From: Bigelowiella natans CCMP2755
Lineage: Eukaryota > Protista > Cercozoa
NCBI GenBank assembly: GCA_000320545.1
Contig: ADNK01001322.1
Coordinates: forward strand, 25,070-89,069
DNA: 64,000 bases
Direction of reading: 5' to 3'
The notes beneath the pieces were generated by a model. It worked only from the letters and a program-made list of their open reading frames with translations, was not told the origin of the DNA and made no database searches. The position numbers and the translations under genes are program-made. Positions 27,210 through 39,161 of this stretch are shown piece after piece. Within the stretch, counting starts at the first letter, position 1. Each line of letters opens with the position of its first letter.

Positions 27210-27937
27210 GCTCTCTGTATATTTAATGAAGAATATACAACAAGGATATTCTATCTGTACACGTACCCTCCAAATGTGATCGAGGATCCGTTTTCCGACG
27301 ACACCAAGAACAAGGAGAATGAGTTTTGTATTTGAAGCTAAGTTAAATATATCGAAGTAACCCAGAGGAGGAGTAGGAGAGGAGGGAGGGGTGGTGGTGT
27401 GAATTAAGATGAAACGCAAAATTGCTTTTCATTTTGCGATTTTTCATCAAAATCGCCCTACTCAGCAACTGCTTCGAGAAAAATTGAAAGCACGAGCGTA
27501 CAACGGGTAAAATGACGATAAACTACAAAATTCTTCCTCGAAGACCTGATTTGTTAGCAACTCATATGGTGCGTGCTTTGTGTATACAGCCAACGGGGGA
27601 AGGCCTAGACCAAGAACGCCTATATTTCACATGAACATCGTAAGCCAGGAAAAGAGGACGAGGAGCAGAAGGAGAAGGAGGGAGAGTGAAAAGGGAAAAA
27701 ACAACAGATGTAAAATCTTGCTTTTTACCATCGCAACCCAAGCCTGACAATTTGGACGCGTATCGAGCATTTCCCATCCTTCGCAATAGATTTTCATATA
27801 GAAGTAGTTTTTGAGATTATGAAACACTAAATTGCAAGTATTTTTTTGGAAGTAAGAAGGTAGAGGATGAATATAGACTTACTTTTTAAATAAGACGGTA
27901 CGTATGGTTAGTGAGACAGAGAGAGGCAGGGAGAGAC

Positions 27938-27982
<45 letters not shown>

Positions 27983-28095
27983 CGAACTCACGTTACTGGT
28001 GTTGAAATACTAACACCCCCAATATCGAGCCTAAATTAGAAAGCAAGAAGGATATCAATCACTATCTGAAATAAGAAGAATCTACATATACTACA

Positions 28096-28129
<34 letters not shown>

Positions 28130-28984
28130 ACAGCACCTATCTTCGAATATGGTGCCGAGAACATAGCTTCCATCTCCATATGAATCAAGATAGTCACTTG
28201 TCCCCCCGCATGATGAGCAACTATCTGTGTACGTACTTGAACGATCCTGGAGGAAGGTAGTATATATGCACGTACGTGCGTAGAGTTGGGATGATGATGA
28301 TGATGATGTTTGGCGTCTTGCAGGTAAAGGTATGCTAATAATTACTTGATAGAATCGTCGAATCCCGCCACATCCATCGCAGTCGGAGGCTACAATACAT
28401 TTCCGGTTAGCAAAAGAAAATCAGAGTGGTGTGTATGAACGAGAAATAAGAATGATGCATTACCCGAGATCCATAGATCTGAGGAGCCCGTGTCCAACTG
28501 CACCTCCTGCTCCTGCTCGCCAAGAATAAGAACGGAAGAGAATCAGACGACTTAATTATGGAAGAAGAAGAGCGAACAGTGTCAACACTGTTGCTGCAAC
28601 AACCTGCGGTGGCGTTCCAACTCCGATTCTCATCGTGTAAAGCAAGCCACCCTAAATGGTAGAATTAGTAGCCGATTTGCGTAGATGATTAATTTTGTGA
28701 TATTCGACTGGAGATAATGATGATCAAAAGAATGATGATTCACTCACTCTGAGATTTTGTACTGGAATCTGAAATTTGGTTACTAATGCTCCCTTATTCT
28801 TTTGCCGTCCATTTGTCGATGACAGAATGCTAGGTTGTTGAGCAGTGTCCCTTCTTCGTGACATTGCAACAGTTACCACCACTTTGTTCTCCATGCCTGC
28901 TGCTGAGCCATCGGCACTTACGCCGCGGCTTAAGACATGGAGAGTGAACAGAAGTAGCGAATGCAACTGGAAAGTACTCCTCAT
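25427..28984 (-). CDS. Pepsin-family (A1) aspartic protease with signal peptide and C-terminal transmembrane helix
   Basis: VQLDTGSSDLWI (about 28470-28505), FLDSGTSLIILP, VVLGDTFLRQYYTLFDKERMR/VGFA and TM segment IFLLVGAILGSLVVTLFLCLWC. Confidence 0.88.
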
Positions 28985-29091
28985 TGATGTTTCTCCACTT
29001 CACGATCTGGAGAACAAGCTGTCTCAGGAACAAGCAGACTCCCATTTCCCGCACTCCATCTCAACTTCCCATTCTCTCATTCTCTCTCTCT

Positions 29092-29143
<52 letters not shown>

Positions 29144-29635
29144 AACTATGATCGATTTACCGTGAAATTCCTCAGCAAGGAGGGACCTAGGCATGAGTGG
29201 CTAATGGTTCCGAAGGAATGTGATTCTCTTCGGTTGTGTGTTCCCGTTTCGCAATCCCCCCTGCCATTTCCTTTCTGCGACTACCAAAAATGTCATGGAT
29301 CCAACAAAACCATGTGCAATTTCGTGACAAACTGGTTCAACTGACTGCGTGTCGCTGCCTGAAACCAAGTCGGTCAAAAGCCGTCTGGGGTCTGGATGCT
29401 CGCTTGTTGGAATGTTGAACCAGCTTCTCCTGCCTGTTCTTCATTCTTTGATGCTCCTGAATCCTTCAAAACTGAAGTTTTGCTGGGTGCTCCTTCGGTT
29501 GATCCAAACATGGATCGTCGTGTGGATGTTGCGTTCAGGAAGTTCCTGCTCAGAGTGGATGACTTGCGCCATCGCCACGTTGCTGCCAGTGCAACAGCAC
29601 ACAGCTAGATCATTTCAATTTGAAAAACCTGCTAG

Positions 29636-29757
29636 TTCACTAGTCATTGTCCTCACTGAAGCTAGTTCGAGGCACTGCGTTTCGCACTCTGCAAGTGTCT
29701 TGCAACACTTTGGAAATGCAGTTCATCATCGCATCGTTCATTGTTCATTGTTCATTG
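29636..29757 (+). repeat. Dispersed repeat copy A (TCGAGGCACTGC...CTTGCAACACTTTGGAAATGCAG...(TTCATTG)n tail)
   Basis: Matches 29788-29841 (+), 30514-30647 (-), 31033-31110 (-), 37899-37937 (+) and a tail-only piece at 52268-52296. Confidence 0.85.
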
Positions 29758-29787
29758 AAATGAACGCGAATCTTTGTTGTTTTCAGC

Positions 29788-29841
29788 TCGAGGCACTGCA
29801 TCTCACTTTGCAAGTTTCACGCAACACTTTGGAGATGCAGT
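29788..29841 (+). repeat. Dispersed repeat copy B (partial)
   Basis: TCGAGGCACTGCATCTCACTTTGCAAGTTTCACGCAACACTTTGGAGATGCAGT. Confidence 0.8.
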
Positions 29842-30513
29842 CACTCAACATTTTTTCTTTCTTTCTTGATTCTGAAATGAACCTTCAATGTTGGTCCCGT
29901 GCGTGTCGCACCCTGGTTGTTGGAACAGCAGGAACGCGACACGCAAGCTGATTGGTGTTGTCCTTGCGTGAGCAGTGTCTCTTGTAGGTCGTCTGTCTCC
30001 ATGCTCGTGGCCGGCGGATGTGAAACAAATCTTTGATGTTTCTTTGGTTGCTCTTGTCAGGAGAGGACGTGCACTCAAAGCTTTCCAGCTTTTCCCGTCA
30101 ATGCATCAAGCAGCCATGCTTGTGCGTGCTGGCATGCCACGCGCAACAAACCTTCCGCATCACGGAGGAAACCGGTCATCGACCGGCTTCTGAAGTGATC
30201 AAAGGCTCTCTGCACTTGAACACAGAACGAACAAAGAGTGAAGTCATTCCAACTTTGCACGGTGGTGGACGTGACAGGTCCAGAGTCCAGAGGTCGTTGG
30301 GCACAGACGCACCAACAACTCCTTGAGCAACCCTTGTTGTTGGCTTCAGTGAGGCACCAACACCTTCTTTGAAATGGCGCCAAGAACGTTGAGGCCACGA
30401 TGACACCTGATGAGAAGTGAGAGAAACGTTCTCATTGGAGTTTCGTGGCGGTCCAGCGGTGGCGCTCACGAACTTGACGTCTGTCACGCCCTGCCAGTTC
30501 AGCCTGGCGACAA

Positions 30514-30647
30514 AGTCACACAATGAAACAATGAAACAATGCCGAAACAATGACGACAAACCACACTTCCAAAACGTTGCAAGACGTTTGCAGTGTGCGA
30601 AACGCAGTGCCTCGAACCAACTTTGGTGAGGCGGTCCAACTGGTGAA
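30514..30647 (-). repeat. Dispersed repeat copy C (inverted relative to copy A)
   Basis: Reverse complement reads TTCACCAGTT...CCTCACCAAAGTTGGTTCGAGGCACTGCGTTTCGCACACTGCAAACGTCTTGCAACGTTTTGGAAGTGTGG...(TTTCATTG)n. Confidence 0.85.
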
Positions 30648-31032
30648 ACCAAAGCGAATCAAGCGAATGGCACTTCAGCCAAAACGAGGAGCTCAAAGAT
30701 CTCACTTGAAATCCTCGAAGCTGAGAGAACTTCACAGCGCTCTTGTCGAAAGCTCACGACACGAATGCTGGAATGACTGATGGTTGTGTCACAGTTGCGT
30801 GACTTGTTCGTGTTTCGTGTTCACTTCGCGACACTCTGATGAACGATTGGATGAGTGTCAGCGAAAGAAGCAATTCATTGGCGGTTGAATGAATCATGGG
30901 GTCTTTGATTCATCCATCCTCTCCTCAATCAACTGTTGTGCAAAGAAAAGTTGAAGAATCAACGAAAAGAAACAAAGCAAAGAAACGTGACGCAAGAAAG
31001 GTTTCAATTGGGGTTGAAGTGTGAGGGTTCTG

Positions 31033-31110
31033 AGTCACAATGAAACAATGAAACAATGAAACAACGATGAAAAACTGCATTTCCAAAGTGTAGCAAGACA
31101 CTTGCAGTGT
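31033..31110 (-). repeat. Dispersed repeat copy D (partial)
   Basis: Reverse complement reads ACACTGCAAGTGTCTTGCTACACTTTGGAAATGCAG...(TTTCATTG)3. Confidence 0.82.
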
Positions 31111-31408
31111 CACTGTTGGCAAGATGAGTCAAGTCACACTTGCACCAATGTCCTGCATTTGTCCAGAAACTTTCATTCCCAACTGGTCCTTCCTTCAGCA
31201 TCTGAATGACCACAGAATCTGCTTGTTTGTCCAGCCAGCTGCGCTGTGATGCACTTCGGGTTGTTCGATTGGAATGGGATCGATATTGAACCTGCGACAA
31301 ACCCAAATGATTGTCGCATAGCGCGTGCGCACAATCGTCACACTATCCCACGTGCCACTCTCCAATTGCCACTCTCAATCACCCTCTTTGTCTTTCTGTG
31401 CAGGGAAC

Positions 31409-32554
31409 ATGTTCCGTGATATTTTACTTCAAGTTGTGGTGGTTATGCTGGCTGCTGGATGGTATTTTGTCAAGAATCCTCCAGTAATCGTCATTGAAAA
31501 AGGCATCGAATTATTCGAGAGCGGCCAGCTCCCTGACACTCTAGCTCGAATCGGCATTCGCGGAATGCTTTCAGCGCGTATTAAGGAGAACACATATTCC
31601 AACAACACAGCTGCTCAAGACGCACAGTTGAGGTTCATAGAGGAGCTGAGAAACAGCCCCATTGCTATCGAGACGAAAGCTGCAAATGAGCAACACTACG
31701 AAGTGGACTCAAGGTTCTACCCCCTTGTTCTTGGACCCAATCTGAAATATAGCAGCGCTCTTTATGAGCCAGGAACTCCCGTGAGCTTGGCAGCCGAAAA
31801 ACTAGGAGATGCAGAGACTCGCATGTTTGACCTTTATGGCGAGCGAGCACAGTTTAAAGATGGAATGCGTGTCCTGGAGCTTGGTTGTGGCTGGGGGTCG
31901 CTTACCCTTTATAATGCGAAGAAGTACCCAAAATCGACGTTTGTCGGTGTAAGCTACTCTAATTCGCAGAGGGAATACATCATGGCCAAGGCGCAGAAGT
32001 TGGGGCTCAGTAACGTGAAAATTCTCACCTCCGACATGAATACATTCCAGCTTCCTAACGGTATGCCGGAATTTGATAGAGTTATCTCAATCGAGATGTT
32101 CGAACATATGAAGAATTACGGGAAACTCCTCGCCAAGGTAGCCAGCTTTCTAAAGCCGGGTGGGATGCTCTTCGTCCATACGTTCAACCACAAGAGCTTC
32201 TCCTACCATTTTGAAGTGCAAGGACCCGACGACTGGATGTCAAAGTATTTCTTCACAGGGGGTACAATGGCATCAGCACACACCCTCCACTACTTCCAAG
32301 AGGACCTCAACTTAAAGTCTCACTGGCACGTCAACGGTATGAACTACGCGCTCACGTCCGAAGCATGGCTCCAAAACACCGACAGGAATAAGGAGCAGGT
32401 GTTAGCACTGTTTGAGGAGTACTATGGAAAGGGGCAATCACAGCTCTGGCTTGCAAGATGGAGGGCTTTTTGGATGGCCTGTGCAGAGTTATTTGCATGG
32501 GATAATGGCAACGAGTGGTTCGTGGGCTTGTACCTGTTTGAGAAGCCCCAATAA
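31409..32554 (+). CDS. SAM-dependent methyltransferase, cyclopropane-fatty-acyl-phospholipid synthase / coclaurine N-methyltransferase-like; intronless
   Basis: PIAIETKAANEQHYEV, LGPNLKYSS, VLELGCGWGSL, FDRVISIEMFEHMKNY, DDWMSKYFFTGGTM, WRAFWMACAELF. N-terminal membrane anchor. Confidence 0.93.
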   Translation: MFRDILLQVVVVMLAAGWYFVKNPPVIVIEKGIELFESGQLPDTLARIGIRGMLSARIKENTYSNNTAAQDAQLRFIEELRNSPIAIETKAANEQHYEVDSRFYPLVLGPNLKYSSALYEPGTPVSLAAEKLGDAETRMFDLYGERAQFKDGMRVLELGCGWGSLTLYNAKKYPKSTFVGVSYSNSQREYIMAKAQKLGLSNVKILTSDMNTFQLPNGMPEFDRVISIEMFEHMKNYGKLLAKVASFLKPGGMLFVHTFNHKSFSYHFEVQGPDDWMSKYFFTGGTMASAHTLHYFQEDLNLKSHWHVNGMNYALTSEAWLQNTDRNKEQVLALFEEYYGKGQSQLWLARWRAFWMACAELFAWDNGNEWFVGLYLFEKPQ

Positions 32555-33199
32555 GACCATAGTAGCAAGCAGGGACAACAACGAGTATTCGTGAGAAAGA
32601 ATATGTAATAAAGAAAGATTCTTCGAGTATACAAGTACACATAGTCTTAATTAATTCAAGGTTGTATACCCAAATTTGATGTGAAAATATATACGAAAGA
32701 TGATTTTGGTGCAACAGGAGTCTCAGGCTTTGATAAGAATTCTGTGCAAAACTGTTGTTGGATCATTTAATTTTTTTTGTACTTTTGAGCATTAAAATAT
32801 CAAGCATATCAGATTGTGAGTAGTGCAGCATCGCATCGGTTGGACGCGCGCTCTGAGCAAGGCAAGCGCAACATCGATCAAGCACATATATAATCAATTC
32901 ACGGGAAGATTGCTTATTATATATATGTGGTCTACTATAACTATGGACACACACATGCTAACATGGACTAAATTGTGTACATGTTTCAAATGTGTTATAA
33001 ATGCATGTACGCTACTAGTACGTACATAGGAACACACGCTAGCATGTCTCTACATACAGTGTCATGAACGCATGCATCCATGTACAAATGTACGCATACA
33101 CTGGGCGCTTAGCTACACACGACTACATGCGCGCTCAACAACGTGAGCTACGTACACAGTGCGCACAAACAATAACTCTAATGAACATGAAGTATTTAA

Positions 33200-34747
33200 T
33201 TAACCAGGAGTGCATCCATTCGTCGTAATCGTAATCAATTCATCCAGTGCTTTTACTGCTCGCTGAAAAGCCCTTATATTCGCCTGAGTATGATTCGTGT
33301 CTGTATTCGTGTCAGGCACGAACGACCTGTTCCAACCAGCAGAAATGAGATCCGATCCATATATCATCCGTACTGTTGGCGTTCGCTTCCACGTACATCC
33401 TTCACTTCCGAGTAACGCATCCTCATCACATGCAGTCGATGCAGGAAAGTGATAATTAAAACCAGATGGGATTGAGACACATTCTGGAGGATCACAAGGT
33501 CCAAGCTCCACGCCAACATAGGGGAGGTAGACGGGGGACCTTCCTATATGTGTCACTGAATCGGAAGAGGAAGAAGGAATTGGCGAAGATGTATCAGGGC
33601 AGTTGCACACTGTCTCATTAACCCACGGTATAGTTTGATTACTCGGGCAGTCTCTAGCAAGTTCAGCTGATGTCTGATGAGAGAGCATTCTATCGTCTTT
33701 GACTTGGCAAATACACTTAGGCTCCCGTGCAGTGCTACCGTACTGAGAGGTCTCATCAGAGTTACACGAAAGATAGAATGAAAATCCGTCGGATTCTCCT
33801 GCTCCCCCTCTTCCTGCCTTTTGTGGTGATGTTTTTTTACTTGGGTAGTACTCAATGCAAAACTCTTGAATTACACCTTCCTCCGGTGATGACTCTGGCC
33901 AACCAACGCCACAGTGCCAGTGGACACCAAATGACCCTTCTCCCTCGGTGGTATCCCCATCCGAGAAGCCACCGCAAACCGATTCCACCTCGGCCCGATT
34001 TGCGTCTGCACAGCTCATACATTCAAAGCCTTTCCCCCTCTGATCTGGACAGAGGCGGGACATGGCTGCCTGGCATGCATTCCAATTTGGCGTGAGATTA
34101 GTTGCCGACCATGGAGCACAATCTCCAGAGTTATCACATGTCATCAAGTAAAGTGGCATCGCTAGTCTGTCTGCTGCGTTGTGGTTTCGAAGGAAATCGG
34201 GCTTGAACGAATACTCAGAAATGCGGTACGCGCGGAGAAAGCGCGAATCCTTGGACGCAATCTTAGAGTTTCTATCTTGATAAGAGATAGATTGGATTTC
34301 TGGTGCTGCTGTAGTACAGTCCACCGCCCGCGACGACGGCAACCACGACGGTCCCCAGGTAATAGGAGGGCCTTCACTTGGATGGGATCGGATAGATAAA
34401 CGGTACATTGTCTCAGGAGACAGTCCGTTAATTTCAACAGGAAAGTTTCGCGTAGTGACCACAGCGAATGGACGGCTACCATTCTTTGGTGCTCGAAGCT
34501 CAACATAGTGCAGATCAGCGTCTATCGGAGCAGAATCGAAGGAAAGGGTAAGCGAAGAGCTTGAGATATTCAAGCAGTTTGGTGAAGAATTCTCCCATGT
34601 TATTGCTGAGGCAACTACAAATGAGCTCAGGATCCACATGTGCTCGAATGTAGTGCGTTGTGAGTATCTATCCACACCTGTAACGAGCTCGCCCCCCCCC
34701 ATCATCATCATCAACACCGTCATTAACACCATCACTATTGTTGTCAT
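33200..34747 (-). CDS. Secreted Cys-rich protein with an FN3-like domain; intronless ORF
   Basis: 515-aa ORF with a hydrophobic N-terminus, FN3-like SLTLSF...YVELR...INGLSPETMYRLSIRS, then many Cys. Confidence 0.7.
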   Translation of the reverse strand: MTTIVMVLMTVLMMMMGGGELVTGVDRYSQRTTFEHMWILSSFVVASAITWENSSPNCLNISSSSLTLSFDSAPIDADLHYVELRAPKNGSRPFAVVTTRNFPVEINGLSPETMYRLSIRSHPSEGPPITWGPSWLPSSRAVDCTTAAPEIQSISYQDRNSKIASKDSRFLRAYRISEYSFKPDFLRNHNAADRLAMPLYLMTCDNSGDCAPWSATNLTPNWNACQAAMSRLCPDQRGKGFECMSCADANRAEVESVCGGFSDGDTTEGEGSFGVHWHCGVGWPESSPEEGVIQEFCIEYYPSKKTSPQKAGRGGAGESDGFSFYLSCNSDETSQYGSTAREPKCICQVKDDRMLSHQTSAELARDCPSNQTIPWVNETVCNCPDTSSPIPSSSSDSVTHIGRSPVYLPYVGVELGPCDPPECVSIPSGFNYHFPASTACDEDALLGSEGCTWKRTPTVRMIYGSDLISAGWNRSFVPDTNTDTNHTQANIRAFQRAVKALDELITITTNGCTPG

Positions 34748-34990
34748 TTATGTACTGTCCAACACGCGTATTCGAGGTTGTCGCAAGGATGAAAATCCAT
34801 CAGTTAGTTTACCATGTAGCTTAGTTGCGTTTTATGCATCATCATTCTGGAGTAGAAGTTGGAGCTGGAGGATGCTGTTGTAGGATGCGTTACACTCTTA
34901 CGATAAAATAGGCACAAGTTCTTATCAGACGTTATGTTTGAATTTGTTGGTAAGTGGGTGTTGTCTCATGACGGATATTGCGAAATTTTT

Positions 34991-35048
34991 TACAACAACA
35001 ATTACAACAACAATTACAACAACAATTACAACAACAATTACAACAACA
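34991..35048 (+). repeat. 12-bp tandem repeat (ACAACAACAATT) x about 4.7
   Basis: Directly visible in the divergent gap / 5' region of the PPR gene. Confidence 0.9.
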
Positions 35049-35102
35049 GAAGAGGGGGGAGGGAATAAGAAACTTGCAATACACAGCTTGCCTTCTATTC
35101 AG

Positions 35103-36890
35103 ATGCAAAGGATTCTAAGCTCCGTGGTTGCCAGAGCAGGAGCGAAAAGAACAAAAATTCCATACCAGGGCGTCGCCACACCACCCTTCACCGACCACGG
35201 TGGCATGAGGTTCGAATTTTACAAGTTATCTCACACAACGTTAAAAGTAAGCGTTGTGAACGCAACTAGTTGTCTTGTTCGCCGGCTCAATTCTCAAGTT
35301 GACACGGACTCTAAGACAAAATACGACGAATATCTCCTCAAATCAGCTCAGACTATTGGGCAGGCGAGAAAGCTTAAAAGGCAACTCGTGTCGCTCTACA
35401 AAGACAACAAACAGAGGAATAGATTTGATCACATCTTTCTGACGGTCTGTGCTCGCCAGGGAGGTCTGACTGCCGCCGAGAAACAAATTAATGGGATGAG
35501 AAATGTTGGTGAAACGATCACCGCCACCACATATGGCCTTCTCTTCATGGCAGCCGAGAAATTTGTGCAGAATGAGACAAAGGAGGCCCCCAAAGCAATT
35601 TCAGTTTTACAAGAAGCATTTAAATACATGAGTGGTGCTGATATTATCCCTACAACGAAACATTTCAACCTATTCTTGAGTTGCATTCAGCACGACGATC
35701 GGGCCGACGAACTCGCTCAGAATGTGCTTGTACAGATGGAGAATCTAGACGTCCAACCAGACCGCGAAACGTTCTTAAAGCTCCTTATTTGCTGTTCGAT
35801 TAGTTGCCAAAAGGCCAAGAAAAAAGCGAAAATCCTGAATAGAGCAAAAGATTATTTCAAAATGATGGTGGAGGATTACCAATATAGTCCCTCAACCACA
35901 CACTACCGTAATAGTGACATTAACATACCATCTGCCCCACTTGTTCAATGAAATACCGTGCTGGCCTGTGTTTCATTTTTAATATACACATGTAATTACT
36001 AGAGATGTAGAAACTAAGTAGTACTTATATTGACATCGATAGTTACTTAGAAACTGACAATATGATTTCATGTTTGTTATTAAGGAGCGCTAAAGAATGT
36101 TGGCTCAAGTGCAAGAAGGATTGATGAAGTTACTGAATATCTACAAGAACGAGGACTCCTCAAGGACGATGGACATATAGAAGATATGTTTCGCCTCGAA
36201 TCACATCTTCAGCGAATTCGGCGTACTAGTCGGCCCCCCCGTTCGCGCCATCCTAACCCGAGAGACATGGAAGCAGTGAAAGATCTACTTAAGAAGTTGC
36301 CCCGGCACCTAATAGAGGATAGAGATTTAGCTGATTTAGTTAGAATTACAGCAGATATGGACCAGCCTATGGAGGCGGAAAGTTTCTTGAATAAGATGAG
36401 ACAACCTAAGTTCGCCGTGTGCAAGCTCGTATTAGGTGCTTGGCATAACAGTGATGATTTCGGACAGTGTGAGAGGTTCTTCGAATCGTTAATAGAATCC
36501 AGGTTCCACGAGATGTTGGGTGTGGAGTACTACCTCATGATGATCCATAATATGCCTAAATGGAGAGATGGCACCATGTTTGCTGCTGAGAAATATTTTG
36601 ACTTAATGGAAAAAAGTTTTGGTTCACCAAAACTAAGCTGGTTCCATGCCATCTTTCGGGCTTGTAGCCACTTCCAAGATGTGAATAGGATGAAGTATTG
36701 GTGTGAGCGTCTGACGTATCATAAAAATCTGACCCCAAATAGTACAACCTTGCAACTATTGAATTGGTCCGAAGACTTAAAGCCTTACACGGAGAGAATA
36801 AATAGCATTGTCAATCGGAAGCAAGGCACTCCTGAAAGGTTAAAAGGACTTTCAGATGACAATGGAGCCCCATTGACCTGTGGCAAATAG
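35103..36890 (+). CDS. Pentatricopeptide-repeat-like protein, probably organellar
   Basis: MQRILSSVVARAG presequence and PPR-like units (ITATTYGLLFMA, IPTTKHFNLFLSC, VQPDRETFLKLLICC, PKLSWFHAIFRAC). Intron about 35908-36084. Confidence 0.72.
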
Positions 36891-37139
36891 TGCATAACCA
36901 TCACAGGATGTGAATGAGAAATTGAATAATAAAAGATAACGAGGATGAGACGAAAGCTAGATCGACCGACACTTTGGCATGGAGCACGCAAAGGCGTGGA
37001 GTTTCAAGCCAGGATGGGGATTCAGCGACGATGTGCATCGTGATTGTTAAATGCATTCGTTGCTTCATTTTCCATGAGAAAATCATCGCTTAGCAACATC
37101 AAAACAACGAGCAATGAGTAACTAACAATGCGCATAGCT

Positions 37140-38509
37140 GTCGCCAAACATCAACGTGGGCATGCGTGCAACTAGTTGATTGCCACTGCGATTGAACGTC
37201 GTTTCACTGATGGACACAGTGTCAGATTCACACCAAGCACACATCGCATCGCAGGCGCTACAGTCCATGTTGGACACACGGCATCCCATCAGATCTAGAG
37301 ATGCATGCACCACCCACATCATGCGACATCTCTAGACCTCATACTAGCATGTTGTAGTCTGTTGGTGCAATGAATCACTGAGTGCGTGCTTTGCGCAGGA
37401 CAAAATGAATGTTTGCATCGACAGTGGAATGATCGGTGCGATTGAACCTTGTTTCGACACGGAACGCACTCTCTCTCTGCACCACGCTAGCACGCCACAG
37501 TGGCCAGTCTAGCAGTGGTTCATGCCAGCAAGCTGATGTGTGTCACTCCGCGGCACCTCGCTCGCTAACTCAGCCTGTTTCGACTTCGATCGTGGTCATT
37601 GTGCTTTCTGCATTGCTCACTGCTTTGTCTCATGCATCTGATCAGGAGCAGCCTTCTCGTCAGCACAGAGTGGATGACTTGGTTCTAAAACGCACCAGCG
37701 CACACGTTTGAATCGGACGCGGCAGTGCATTTTTTTCCTGAACCACCCACTTCTCGTGTCTGTCGGGATCATCAGCCATCACTTTGATCGTTTTGCAAGG
37801 CGAAGCTGGCACTGCAGCGCCACTTGGTGGGTCATCACTCATCACCTTGGGCTGGTGGGGACAAGCGTGCAGAGAAGTTCTGTTCGACTTCATTTTTGAA
37901 CGTCTTGCAACGTTTTGGAAGTGCAGTTCTTCATCGCGTTTGCTTTGGTTGTTCAGGCTAGCAAGGCACTGATGAACGGCAATGGCGTGCACCAACCGCA
38001 CCAAACGTCACAACGGTGTGTCAGACACGCACACTGCTCCGTCCACTTGCTGTGCACCGTCCGTTCCATGCACAGTCTGTTCACAAGCTCCTAGTTGCGC
38101 TGAAGCAAGATGTCGGGAAAACCCCTCTGCACCACGTGGCAGGTGGGTCGCAGGTTTCACTTCAATCACTGCGTCGATCGTTCAGAGTCTCTCTGTCTCT
38201 CTGTTGCCCCACCCCCCCCCCCCCCCCCCCATCTTTTCAGACGCACGTGGCACAGGCACACGGGTCTTCCGAGTTGAAGACGCGTTCGCTGTCCAACAAA
38301 GCGTGTCTAGCCAAACTTGCTGTGCTCTGGTGGTGGGCGCACTCATTTCGTGTCGTCAACCTGTTCGACCCTGGAGCATCGTCGAGGAATCTGCCGGGTT
38401 GCAGAGCGGAGTTTTTGCACGTTTAGCATGTTCGTTAGTTGGTCAAGGAACAGTCGAATGCTTGACTGACCAGCTACAACTACTTTCACAAAGTGCAAAT
38501 TTAGTTTAG
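37140..38509. other. TpA-depleted tract 3
   Basis: About 20 TA in about 1370 nt by eye. 19 of them are preceded by C and/or followed by G (9 CTAG). Contains repeat copy E. Confidence 0.88.
37899..37937 (+). repeat. Dispersed repeat copy E (fragment)
   Basis: AACGTCTTGCAACGTTTTGGAAGTGCAGTTCTTCATCGC matches copies A and C. Confidence 0.75.
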
Positions 38510-38610
38510 ATATGCACGGATATTTTCAATCTCAGAATCAACGGAAAAGATCTAAAAATAATTGCCAGGATATCCACAACCGAGTGCCACCCTGGACCTC
38601 TCCCGTGGCG

Positions 38611-39128
38611 ATGAGGTATCAACCACCCCCTCTTCCTCCTCCCAATTTCCTTTAACGCATCGGTGCATCTATCAGACGACACAGAAATTATGTAAGACGC
38701 ACAAAGAAGGGAAGCGTCCTAAAGGTCCATTGTATACTCAAACTGGTGAAGAAGATCTGAATGGTTTGTTCTTGTTCAACGTGACACCCCGCAGGTGGTT
38801 GCAGAGCACTATCTACGCACCGACATATGGTGTGGCTCGGCCCTGTGCACGGTATCGAAAAAATCTTTATTTCCCCTTTACCAACCCCCATCATATTCTG
38901 GATGATAATTGGTCCTTGTGTTCTTGCAGGAATGCAACTCGGACACTGCCATCCTGGATGGAAGCGAGCTGGGAGTCCCCGAATACTTTATTCTCGATAC
39001 GAACGTTTGTCTTCATCAGATTGACGTTATCGAGGATGAAACATTTGGAAAAAATATTATTCTCACGCAGGTAAGTCTTCTTCCTCTTTACATTACCTGC
39101 TACTGCCATTGTCAGGGCACACACACAA

Positions 39129-39161
<33 letters not shown>

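Larger units (their letters stand above)
29285..31283. other. TpA-depleted tract 2 (repeat relic)
   Basis: 6 TA in about 2000 nt by eye (4 CTAG, 2 GTAG), with none between about 29987 and 31090. Contains four copies of a short repeat. Confidence 0.92.

Noticed and set aside
30521-30560. (CAATGAAA)n as a CRISPR or telomeric repeat
   Set aside because: No unique spacers and only 2-3 units. It is the tail of the dispersed repeat.
29638-30645. CACTA transposon termini (CACTAG...CTGGTG)
   Set aside because: The flanks GTT and AAA give no 3-bp target-site duplication and no transposase was seen. Kept only as an inverted repeat pair.
29349-31306. Numerous 60-200 aa ORFs in all six frames (also at 20.5-22, 37.4-38.5 and 52.3-53.6 kb)
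   Set aside because: A by-product of TpA loss, which removes TAA/TAG stops. They are Tyr-poor, Cys/His-rich and show no domains.
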